Source: Actinobacteria bacterium 13_1_20CM_4_69_9
GTDB taxonomy: Bacteria > Actinomycetota > Thermoleophilia > Gaiellales > Gaiellaceae
Reading direction: 5' to 3'
Assembly: GCA_001920085.1 (NCBI GenBank)
Contig: MNJC01000092.1
Coordinates: forward strand, 1-37,282
Length of the DNA stretch: 37,282 nt
Shown: positions 1-7,720 of the stretch, piece after piece
Position numbering within the stretch: the stretch's first letter is position 1
How the letters are laid out: each line of letters opens with the position of its first letter
The notes under the pieces: generated by a model
Told to the model about the DNA's origin: nothing
Database searches by the model: none
Seen by the model: the letters and a program-made list of their open reading frames with translations, nothing else
Program-made: the position numbers and the translations under genes

Positions 1-1229
1 CGCCGGAGCTCGCCCTTGCCCCGGGCGGCGAGGCGGAGCTCGTCGCAGTCGCGCGCGCGAGCGCCGCTGCACCCGCGGGGGAGGACTACGGCTTCGTCCT
101 GCTCCGGCGCGGCGACGAGACGCGCAAGATCCCGTACGAGTTCTACGTCGGCCGGCCGCAGGTCGAGCTGACGCCGGCAAGGCAGCTGAAGAAGCTGCAG
201 CTCGGCAGCACGCTGACCGGCACGAGCCGCGTGGCGACGTATTGCTGCCCGTCCGCCCCATTCGGGCCGCCTCCCGACTACGTCGGACCGGCGATGAACG
301 AGTCGGGCTCCGAGACGACGTACACGACGACGATCGACCGTCCGGTCGCGAACCTCGGCGTCGCGATCGAGTCGGCCACGGCCGGCTCGCTCATCGATCC
401 GTGGTTCCTGGGCTCGCCGAACGAGCGCGACGTCCAGGGGTACGCCGGCACTCCGGTGAACGTCAACGAGCTGATGCCCGACTTCGGGATCGACCTGGGC
501 GTGGCCGGTGCCTCGTTCCCGAAGGTGCAGCGCTTCTACGTGACGGTGGACTCGGGCTCGGACCCCTTCACCGGCCGCTCACTCCCCGGGCAGTACGTCC
601 TGCGCTCATGGATCAACGACGTGCGCCCACCGAAGATCCGGCTCGTGACGAAGCGCGTGGCGCAGGGACGTCCGACGATCGTCGCGCGGGTGACGGACGC
701 GGGCGCCGGCGTCGATCCCCTTTCGCTCGTGATCGCGTACCGCGGCGTGCTCGTCGGAGCCGCGCTGTACGACCCCGGCTCCGGCGTCGCGATCTTCCCG
801 ATCCCGAAGGCGGCCCAGAGGCTCCGAGCCGGCCGCACGCGTGCGGTGCTCTCGGCCGCGGACTTCCAGGAGGCGAAGAACGTCAACGGCGTCGGCACCA
901 ACATCCTCCCGAACACCGCGTTCCGCTCGGTGTCGATCACGGGGGTCTCGGGCCCGGCCGTGAGCTGGGTATCGCCACCGCGGAATGCGTGCGTCGAGAA
1001 GACCGTGGCGCTCGTCGCGGTCGCCAGCTCGACGAGGCGCGTGCGCTCGGTGCGCTTCCTCGTCGACGGCAAGCAGGTCGCGATCGACCGCACAGGCGTC
1101 TCGGACGTCTTCACGGGGACGTGGAACGCTCGCTTCGCGCTGCGAGGCACGCACGCCGTGACGGCGCTCGCAACCGATGCGGGCGGGCGCACGTTCTCCG
1201 CCACGCGCACGCTGCGGGTCTGCCACTGA
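1..1229 (+). CDS. C-terminal part of a large secreted or cell-surface protein (5' end outside the window); beta-rich Ig-like C-terminal domains, possibly protease-associated
   Basis: Frame 3 is open from the window edge to TGA 1227-1229. The tracked ORF 231-1229 only begins at an internal GTG. The T/V/G/S/D-rich composition contrasts with the Arg/Pro-rich shadow frames. The product is a resemblance-based guess. Confidence 0.6.
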   Translation, partial: PELALAPGGEAELVAVARASAAAPAGEDYGFVLLRRGDETRKIPYEFYVGRPQVELTPARQLKKLQLGSTLTGTSRVATYCCPSAPFGPPPDYVGPAMNESGSETTYTTTIDRPVANLGVAIESATAGSLIDPWFLGSPNERDVQGYAGTPVNVNELMPDFGIDLGVAGASFPKVQRFYVTVDSGSDPFTGRSLPGQYVLRSWINDVRPPKIRLVTKRVAQGRPTIVARVTDAGAGVDPLSLVIAYRGVLVGAALYDPGSGVAIFPIPKAAQRLRAGRTRAVLSAADFQEAKNVNGVGTNILPNTAFRSVSITGVSGPAVSWVSPPRNACVEKTVALVAVASSTRRVRSVRFLVDGKQVAIDRTGVSDVFTGTWNARFALRGTHAVTALATDAGGRTFSATRTLRVCH

Positions 1230-2014
1230 CGCGGCTGGCGGTTGTGACCGGCGCGTCGAGCGGCATCGGCGCGGCGATCGCGCGCGCGCTCGCCGGGCGC
1301 GGCTGGCAGACCGTCTTGCTGGCACGGCGCGAGGACCGGCTCCGGGCCTTGTCGGAAGAGGTCGGCGGGGAGTACGAGGTCTGCGACGTGGGCCGGCGCG
1401 CGGACGTCGAGCGGGTCGCGGCCGAGGTGATCGAGCGGCATCCGCGCATCGAGCTGCTCGTCAACAACGCCGGGATCCCGGGGCGGCGCGGCTTCACGGA
1501 GATCGACCTCGACCGGCTCGAGGAGGTGCTGCGCGTGAACTATCTCGGCGCCGTCTGGTGCCTACGCGCTTTCCTGCCCGCGCTCGAACGCGCGGAGCGC
1601 TCGGATGTGGTCAACATCGTGTCGGTCGCCGGGACCGTCGCCTACGGTCCGGCCGGCCCCTACTCCGCCTCGAAGCATGCTGAGCTTGCGTTCTCGCGCT
1701 CGACGACCGCCGAGCTCCGCTCGCGCGGAATCCACGTGCACACCGTCAATCCGGGCTTCGTCGAGACGGAGGGCTTCCCGCAGGCCAGCGTTCTGCGGAG
1801 CGCGCTCATGCGCCGCCTCGTCGTCCGGCCGGAGCACATCGCGGACCATGTGCTGAAGGTGATCGAGCGCGACAAGCGCGAGACGTTCGTGCCGCCGTGG
1901 TACCGGGCCGCCGCGATCGCACAGGCGGTCGCGCCCGGCCTTGTCGCACTAGTCGAGCTCGCGGCGATGTGTCTGATGCCGGGCCTGGAGCAGGACGAGG
2001 CTGTTCGCCTCTAA
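1226..2014 (+). CDS. SDR family oxidoreductase (short-chain dehydrogenase/reductase)
   Basis: The frame-2 translation has TGASSGIG (Rossmann), NNAG and YSASK (YxxxK) motifs, with stop TAA 2012-2014. The start is uncertain. The first canonical start, GTG 1244, lies inside the beta1-TGxxxGxG unit. CTG 1226 keeps beta1 (LTRLAVV) and forms a CTGA overlap with the upstream stop. Confidence 0.8.
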   Translation: MTRLAVVTGASSGIGAAIARALAGRGWQTVLLARREDRLRALSEEVGGEYEVCDVGRRADVERVAAEVIERHPRIELLVNNAGIPGRRGFTEIDLDRLEEVLRVNYLGAVWCLRAFLPALERAERSDVVNIVSVAGTVAYGPAGPYSASKHAELAFSRSTTAELRSRGIHVHTVNPGFVETEGFPQASVLRSALMRRLVVRPEHIADHVLKVIERDKRETFVPPWYRAAAIAQAVAPGLVALVELAAMCLMPGLEQDEAVRL

Positions 2015-2569
2015 GAGTTGCCGGAAGTCGACGTCCGGAAGCGTCCGCGTGTGCGACGGGTCCCGCGCGCGCTCGAAGCGGTCGAGGTCGAGCGCCGCCA
2101 GAGGGTCGGCCGGTGCGATCTGGTCGTCGACGAAGACCCGCCCGCCCGGTGCGGTCACGCGTGTCAACTCGGCGAGGACGAGCTCCGGTCTAGCGATGTG
2201 GTGCAGCGTGCGGCGCGTGCAGACGAGATCGAAGGAGCCGGTGTCGAACGGAAGGCTCGTCGCATCGCCTTCGACGAACGTGACATTCGCCGGCGCGCTC
2301 GCGCGAGCCCGCTCGAGCAGCTCGGGGACGATGTCGACGCCGACGACCTCGCGAACGAGCGGTGCGAGCGCGAGGGCCAGCGTCCCGGCGCCGGTCCCGA
2401 CGTCGAGGGCTCGCTCGTCGCCGTTCGGGGCGACGAACGTCTGCAGCTGCTCGCGCACCATCTCCACCTGCTGCTCGGCGTGCTCCGCCACGCGCGCCGC
2501 CGTCGAGCCGAAGCGCGCGCGAACCTCGTCGACGTTCGCGCCTTCAGGTGCATTCGGCGCCTCAGGCAT
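1949..2569 (-). CDS. Class I SAM-dependent methyltransferase (Methyltransf_11-like)
   Basis: ORF 1949-2569 has the LDVGTGAGT SAM-binding motif I. ATG 2569 overlaps the alr stop by 8 nt. Its 3' end overlaps the SDR 3' end convergently (1949-2014). Confidence 0.8.
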   Translation of the reverse strand: MPEAPNAPEGANVDEVRARFGSTAARVAEHAEQQVEMVREQLQTFVAPNGDERALDVGTGAGTLALALAPLVREVVGVDIVPELLERARASAPANVTFVEGDATSLPFDTGSFDLVCTRRTLHHIARPELVLAELTRVTAPGGRVFVDDQIAPADPLAALDLDRFERARDPSHTRTLPDVDFRQLLEANSLVLLQARHQTHRRELD

Positions 2570-3584
2570 CGATCACCGTGCGTCGTGCCCGCAGCGGCCC
2601 CGACTCGACACCGCACGTGAGCTCGTAGTTGATCGTGTCGGCGACGCGCGCGTGGCTCTCGGCCAGGACGCCGTGCCCGAGCAGCACGACCGGCGTCCCG
2701 ACCGGGAGCTCGCGGTCGAGGCGCACGGCGAACGAGTCCATCGAGATCGTCCCGACGACCTCGCACGACTCGCCGCCGACGCGCACTTCGGTTCCGGTCA
2801 GGTCGCGCCTGAAGCCGTCGCCGTAGCCGACGGGCACGATGCCGATCCAGGTCGGCGTCTCGGCTACGAAGCGCCGGCCGTAGCCGGTGCTCTGCCCCGA
2901 CTGGAGCTGCTTCACCTGTGCGAGGAACGACTGCCACGACAGCACCGGTTCGAGGCCGTCCTCGACGGGGTCGGCGTTGAACGGGGACAGCCCGTAGATC
3001 GCAACGCCACAGCGGACGAGGTCGAGATGCGACTCCGGCAGGCGCAGCGTCGCCGCGCTGTTCGCGGCGTGGCGCGTCAGGTGCGAGTGCGCGCGCGTCA
3101 TCGCGTCGAACCGCTCGAGCTGCGCCCGGGCGAAATCCGGATCGGTGTCGGCCGTCGCGAGGTGCGTCATCAGCCCGACCACGTCTGCGGGCGGCGCCGG
3201 CAGCTCGGACAGGCCGTAGCGGTTCATGCCCGTCTCGAGCTTCAGGTGCACGCGAACGCCGTCGGGAACCTCCTCGTCCGCGATGGCAAGCTCGAGCACA
3301 GCGTCGCGCGCATGCGCGACCTCGCGGCTCGAGCTCGCCGGCCCGAGCACGAGGATGCGCTCGACGCGGAACTCGTTGCGCAGCGCGAGCCCCTCCGGGA
3401 TCGTCGCGACGCACAGCCCGCTCGCACCGGCTCCGAGCGCCGCGCCGGCCGCGTCCACCATCCCGTGTCCGTAGCCGTTCGCCTTGACGACGGCCCACAG
3501 CTCCGCGCCGTCGGCCGCGCGCAGGAGCGTGCGGACGTTGCGCCGCAGTGCGCCGAGGTCGACGGTGATCTCGGAGCGGTGCAT
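2562..3584 (-). CDS. alr: Alanine racemase
   Basis: The start is the internal ATG 3584 of ORF 2562-4256; the upstream part of that ORF is Arg-rich shadow. AVVKANGYGHG is the PLP-lysine motif, and there is a YGDG-type C-terminal domain. The start forms a TAATG overlap with the nnr stop. Confidence 0.9.
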   Translation of the reverse strand: MHRSEITVDLGALRRNVRTLLRAADGAELWAVVKANGYGHGMVDAAGAALGAGASGLCVATIPEGLALRNEFRVERILVLGPASSSREVAHARDAVLELAIADEEVPDGVRVHLKLETGMNRYGLSELPAPPADVVGLMTHLATADTDPDFARAQLERFDAMTRAHSHLTRHAANSAATLRLPESHLDLVRCGVAIYGLSPFNADPVEDGLEPVLSWQSFLAQVKQLQSGQSTGYGRRFVAETPTWIGIVPVGYGDGFRRDLTGTEVRVGGESCEVVGTISMDSFAVRLDRELPVGTPVVLLGHGVLAESHARVADTINYELTCGVESGPLRARRTVIDA

Positions 3585-4897
3585 TACGCGAGCACGTCGG
3601 GCAGCGCCTCGATGAGATCGGAAGCGATGAGCCCGCGCTCCGGCCCGAGCTCGGCGGAGCGGCCATGGGCGTACGCGGCCGCCGCCGCGGCGAGTCGTGC
3701 GTCCATCCCCTTCGCCAGGAAGGCGCCGACGACGCCGGTGAGCACGTCGCCGGTGCCCGCCGTCGCAAGCGCCGGCGTCCCGGCGGTGGAGACGAGCACG
3801 CCCTCTCCGGGGGCGGCGACGAGCGTGTCGGCGCCCTTCAGGAGCACGACGCAGCCGAAGCGCTCGACCGCGGACTGCACCGCCTCGAGGCGATGTGCGT
3901 CGACCCATTCGGACTCCTTGCCCAGCAGCCGGGCGAGCTCGCCGGCGTGCGGAGTCAGCACACGCGGCGCCGGCCAGTCGCCGGGCTCCAGCTCGAAGAG
4001 CGCGTCGGCGTCGACGACCGCGGGGACGTCCAGCTCGCGAAGCAGCCGCCCGACGAGCGCGCGCTCGTCGTCGCCGCGGCCGAGCCCCGGGCCGATGGCG
4101 AGCGCCGACGCACGCCGCGCCAGGCGGTCGACCTCGGCGAGCGGTGCCTTGACCGCCTCGAGCAAGCGCGCTTCGACGACCGGCAGCGATTCCGCGTGCG
4201 TCGCGACGGCGACATAGCCCGCGTCCGCGCGAAACGCCGCCTCGGCCGCAAGGCACACGGCACCCGTCGTCCCGCGCGAGCCGCCGACGACGAGGACCGA
4301 CCCGGCACTGTACTTCGTGTCGCCTGCGCGCTTGCGCGGGACGAGCCGGAGAATCCCGTCGGTGACGAGCTGGTTCCTCGTCTCGCTCGGCTCGATCCCG
4401 ATGTCGGCGACGTCGACGTCGCCCGCGTGGAACCGTCCGGGTGCGATCGCGAGCCCCACCTTCGACGCGTGCATCGTCACGGTCACGTCCGCGTCGACGA
4501 CGGCGCCCGCGACCTCGCCCGTCGAGGCGTCGACGCCCGACGGCAGGTCTACGGCGACGACCGGCGCCCGGCTCGAGTTGATGCGCTCGATCGACGAGGC
4601 CGCATCGTCGCGCGGCACGCCTTGGAAGCCGGTGCCGAATAGCGCGTCGATGACGACGTCGGCGCCGTCGAGCTCCTCGCTCGTCTCGCGCCCCGCTTCT
4701 GCGAGCAGTCGAAGCGCGATCCGTCCGTCGCCTCCGTTCGCGCCCCTGCCGCAGACTCCGGCGATCCGCCTCGCGTCCGGGTAGCGGCGCAGCACCGCGT
4801 CGGCGACCGCGCGGCCCGCCCGTTCCATCATCGCGTCGACGTCATGGCCCTCCTCGGCGGCGCGCATCTCGTCCGCCGTGTAGAGCGGGGTAAACAT
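3584..4897 (-). CDS. nnr: Bifunctional NAD(P)H-hydrate repair enzyme (epimerase / ADP-dependent dehydratase, YjeF family)
   Basis: The start is ATG 4897 within ORF 3584-5185. The N-terminal YjeF_N part has GRGANGGDG and the C-terminal carbohydrate-kinase-like part has GTGDVLTG. The start forms a TGATG overlap with the acpS stop. Confidence 0.88.
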   Translation of the reverse strand: MFTPLYTADEMRAAEEGHDVDAMMERAGRAVADAVLRRYPDARRIAGVCGRGANGGDGRIALRLLAEAGRETSEELDGADVVIDALFGTGFQGVPRDDAASSIERINSSRAPVVAVDLPSGVDASTGEVAGAVVDADVTVTMHASKVGLAIAPGRFHAGDVDVADIGIEPSETRNQLVTDGILRLVPRKRAGDTKYSAGSVLVVGGSRGTTGAVCLAAEAAFRADAGYVAVATHAESLPVVEARLLEAVKAPLAEVDRLARRASALAIGPGLGRGDDERALVGRLLRELDVPAVVDADALFELEPGDWPAPRVLTPHAGELARLLGKESEWVDAHRLEAVQSAVERFGCVVLLKGADTLVAAPGEGVLVSTAGTPALATAGTGDVLTGVVGAFLAKGMDARLAAAAAAYAHGRSAELGPERGLIASDLIEALPDVLA

Positions 4898-5262
4898 CAG
4901 CGTTCTTCGATCACCGCAACGGCGTTGGCGAGCTCGCGCGAGTGCGTCATCGAGAGGTCGATCCGCCCGGCGCCGCGAGCCTCGGCCCAGCGCGCGACCC
5001 GGCCGCTCAAGGCGACCGACGGCTTGGGCCGCCCGGCGATCTCGACGTCGCGCCAGGCGAACGCGCGCGCGACGCCGAAGCCGAGCGCCTTCCCGACCGC
5101 CTCCTTGCCGGCGAACCGTCCGGCATAGCTCTGCGCCGGATTCGGGCGCGAGTCGCAGTACGCCTGCTCCGCCGGCGTGAAGCAACGGTCGCGGAAGCGC
5201 GGGTAGCGCTCGAGCGCGCGCCGGATGCGCTCGATCTCGATCAGGTCGACCCCGACGTTCAC
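4897..5262 (-). CDS. acpS: Holo-[acyl-carrier-protein] synthase
   Basis: The start is GTG 5262 within ORF 4897-5592. The N-terminus GVDLIEIERI and the 121-aa size are typical of AcpS. The start forms a GTGA overlap with the upstream stop. Confidence 0.85.
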   Translation of the reverse strand: MNVGVDLIEIERIRRALERYPRFRDRCFTPAEQAYCDSRPNPAQSYAGRFAGKEAVGKALGFGVARAFAWRDVEIAGRPKPSVALSGRVARWAEARGAGRIDLSMTHSRELANAVAVIEER

Positions 5263-6035
5263 AGGTGCTCCTCCAACCAGTCCGGCAGTTGCGCGATCGA
5301 GGAGATGATGCCGTCGGGACGGACCGGCGTCGCCTCGACGGCGTCCGGGCGGAACTTGCCCGTCCGGACGAGGATCGTGCGCATGCCGTGCGCCTGCGCG
5401 CCCGCGATGTCCGCCTCGATGTCGTCGCCGACCATCCACGTCATGCCCGCATCCGCGTCGAGCGCCTTCAAGGCGGCCTCGAAGTAGGCCGTCGACGGCT
5501 TGCCCAGGACCGTCGCATCGACCTGCGTCGCATACTCGAGCCCGGCGACGAACGCGCCCGCGTCGAGCGCGGGCCCGTGCTTCGTCTGCCACCAGCGGTT
5601 CTTGTGCAGGCAGAAGAGCTCTGCGCCGGCTTCGAGCTCGTGGAACGCACGCGCGAGGTTCATGTAACTGAAGACGAGGTTCGTCTCCGGAGTCTCGTCG
5701 GCGCCGCCGATCAGCACGGCTTCCGCATCCTCGCCGACGAGGTCGATGCCTTCGAGCTCGCCGACGATCGCGTGCATCGTCAGAGCGAGCACGCGCCGCC
5801 CCGCGAGCGTCGCCGCGGCAGCGCGGGGGGTCGTCTGGAGCTCCTCGTCATCGAGCTGGATGCCCATGCCGCGCAGCTCCTCCGCGAGCGCTGCGCGCGT
5901 CTGAGTCGTGTTGTTCGTGACGAAGCGGAGCCGGTGGCCGTCGCGACGCAGCCGCTCGACCGCTTCGGCGCCGCCGGCGATCGGCTCGCGCGAAACGTGG
6001 AAGACGCCGTCGACGTCCAGCAGAATCGCCGCCAT
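5259..6035 (-). CDS. HAD-IIA family hydrolase (NagD/LHPP-like phosphatase)
   Basis: The start is ATG 6035 within ORF 5259-6362. HAD motifs are present: LLDVDGV (I), TNN (II) and GDD (IV). It is the first gene of the HAD-acpS-nnr-alr-methyltransferase string. Confidence 0.85.
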   Translation of the reverse strand: MAAILLDVDGVFHVSREPIAGGAEAVERLRRDGHRLRFVTNNTTQTRAALAEELRGMGIQLDDEELQTTPRAAAATLAGRRVLALTMHAIVGELEGIDLVGEDAEAVLIGGADETPETNLVFSYMNLARAFHELEAGAELFCLHKNRWWQTKHGPALDAGAFVAGLEYATQVDATVLGKPSTAYFEAALKALDADAGMTWMVGDDIEADIAGAQAHGMRTILVRTGKFRPDAVEATPVRPDGIISSIAQLPDWLEEHL

Positions 6036-6049
6036 GGACGGCGAGTCTA
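6021..6049. promoter_or_regulatory. Crossed divergent -10-like hexamers for leaderless arfB (+) and the HAD operon (-)
   Basis: On the plus strand, CAGAAT (6021-6026) is followed by 7 nt and then ATG 6034. On the minus strand, TAGACT (6049-6044) is followed by 8 nt and then ATG 6035. The two start codons share the CATG at 6033-6036. Confidence 0.45.
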
Positions 6050-6444
6050 TTCGGGTGACCCGTTCGGTCGTGCTGCCGCTCGGCGAAGTGCGCTTCCGCA
6101 CCTCGCGCTCGAGCGGCCCGGGCGGCCAGCACGCGCAGAAGTCGGAGACCCGCGTCGAGGCGCTGTTCGACGTCGAGGCGTCGGAGGCCCTCACGGAAGC
6201 GCAGAAGCGGCGCGTCGTCTCACGAGCCGGCCCCGTCCTGCGGGCCCTCGCGCAGGACGAGCGGAGCCAGGCCCGGAACCGTGAGCTCGCCCTCGAGCGC
6301 CTCGTCGAGCAGCTGCGAGCCGCTCTGCGGGTGCAGCGGAAGCGCGTGCCGACCAAGCCCACGGCGGCGGGCCGCGAGCGCCGGCTCGAGCAGAAACGGC
6401 GCCGCTCCCAGACGAAGCGCCTACGCCGGGCCCCCGAGGACTGA
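6034..6444 (+). CDS. arfB: Alternative ribosome-rescue factor ArfB (peptidyl-tRNA hydrolase, YaeJ family)
   Basis: The start is ATG 6034 within ORF 5908-6444. It has the GPGGQ motif, the right size (136 aa) and an Arg/Lys-rich C-terminal tail (RRLEQKRRRSQTKRLRR). Confidence 0.85.
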   Translation: MDGESIRVTRSVVLPLGEVRFRTSRSSGPGGQHAQKSETRVEALFDVEASEALTEAQKRRVVSRAGPVLRALAQDERSQARNRELALERLVEQLRAALRVQRKRVPTKPTAAGRERRLEQKRRRSQTKRLRRAPED

Positions 6445-6493
6445 GGGGACCCGTATCCGATTCGCGCCCGGGGCCGTTTACGGCTTTGAAGTC

Positions 6494-6886
6494 ATGGCGC
6501 CGATCTCGGTCACCCTAGCTCCCCGAGATCCTCCAGCGGCTGTCGTCGCGCTGGTGGGCGAGCACGACACCTATTCGGCCGGGCGCCTGGAAGCGGAGCT
6601 CAACGTGCTGATCGACGACGGCGTGCGCGTCGTCGTCGACCTGCGCGACACCGAGTTCATCGACTCGACGACGCTCGCGACGCTGCTCGCCGCATGCCGG
6701 GAAGCGGAACAGGCCGGCCTCGGCTTCACGTTCGTGCTGCCGGGGCGCAATTACACGGAGGTGAACCAGCTGCTCGACCTGACCGGGCTCGGGTCGAGGT
6801 TCGCGATCTTCGAGACGCTCGACAAGGCGCTGGCCGCCGCACGTGGCGGCACCACGAGAGGAGATTCCGTCCGGTCCGCCGCGTAG
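6494..6886 (+). CDS. STAS-domain protein (anti-sigma-factor antagonist, SpoIIAA-like)
   Basis: The start is ATG 6494 within ORF 6281-6886. VVVDLRDTEFIDSTTLATLL carries a Ser in the DST position that is phosphorylated in SpoIIAA-type proteins. It is 130 aa. Confidence 0.8.
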   Translation: MAPISVTLAPRDPPAAVVALVGEHDTYSAGRLEAELNVLIDDGVRVVVDLRDTEFIDSTTLATLLAACREAEQAGLGFTFVLPGRNYTEVNQLLDLTGLGSRFAIFETLDKALAAARGGTTRGDSVRSAA

Positions 6887-6898
6887 CCTCCGCGGCGC

Positions 6899-7693
6899 AT
6901 GGATCACGATCCGCTGCGTCGAGGCTTCGCCGAGTTCGTCGGGACGTTCACGCTGATCTTCATCGGCGCGGGCTCGATCATGACGCTGGACAAGCTGCTT
7001 CTGCCGGCGACGAACGGCAGCGCGCAGGCATCCGGCGTCTACGGCAGCCTGACACTCGTCTCGGTCGCGCTCGCCCACGGGCTCGCGATCGGCGTGATGG
7101 CCTCGGCCGTCGGGCATATCTCCGGCGGCCACTTCAACCCCGCCGTCACGCTCGGCTTTCTCGTCACGCGCAGGCTCGCGCCGTCGCTCGCGCTCGTGTA
7201 CTGGAGCGTTCAGCTGCTCGGCGCGACGGCCGGAGCGTTGCTGCTGCGCTGGTTCTACTCCGACAGCGTTCGAGCCATGAGCAATCTCGGCTCGCCCGCG
7301 CTCGGCAGCGGCATCAGCGTCTGGCAGGGCGTGGTGATCGAAGGGGTCCTGACGTTCTTCCTGGTCTGGGTCGTCTTCGCCACGGCCGCCGACCCGGGCG
7401 GAGCGTTCAAGTCGATCGCCGGCCTCGCGATCGGCTTCACGATCACGCTCGACATCCTCATGGGCGGCCCGCTCACCGGTGCGGCGATGAACCCCGCACG
7501 CGCCTTCGGGCCGGAGCTCGTCTCGCGGCACTGGACGGACGCGTGGGTCTGGTACGTCGGGCCGCTCGTCGGCGGCGCCGTTGCCGCGCTCGCCTACGAG
7601 TGGCTGTACCTGCGGCCGCCGGCACCGATGCCGGTCGGCCCGCCCGAGACCGGCGTGATCGAGCCGCGCCCGGGCGACACCGCCGGTTCGTAG
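6899..7693 (+). CDS. MIP-family channel (aquaporin/aquaglyceroporin)
   Basis: ORF 6899-7693 has two NPA boxes (HFNPAVTLG and MNPARAFGP) and six hydrophobic segments. Confidence 0.9.
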   Translation: MDHDPLRRGFAEFVGTFTLIFIGAGSIMTLDKLLLPATNGSAQASGVYGSLTLVSVALAHGLAIGVMASAVGHISGGHFNPAVTLGFLVTRRLAPSLALVYWSVQLLGATAGALLLRWFYSDSVRAMSNLGSPALGSGISVWQGVVIEGVLTFFLVWVVFATAADPGGAFKSIAGLAIGFTITLDILMGGPLTGAAMNPARAFGPELVSRHWTDAWVWYVGPLVGGAVAALAYEWLYLRPPAPMPVGPPETGVIEPRPGDTAGS

Positions 7694-7720
7694 ACCGCCG
7701 CGCGCGATACAAGTCGGCGC

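Noticed and set aside
2049-4217. A 722-aa plus-strand ORF, plus the 534-aa minus-strand ORF 2164-3768
   Set aside because: They are alternative frames over the methyltransferase, alr and nnr genes. The Ser/Arg/Ala-rich composition is shadow, and the true frames carry the PLP-Lys and YjeF motifs.
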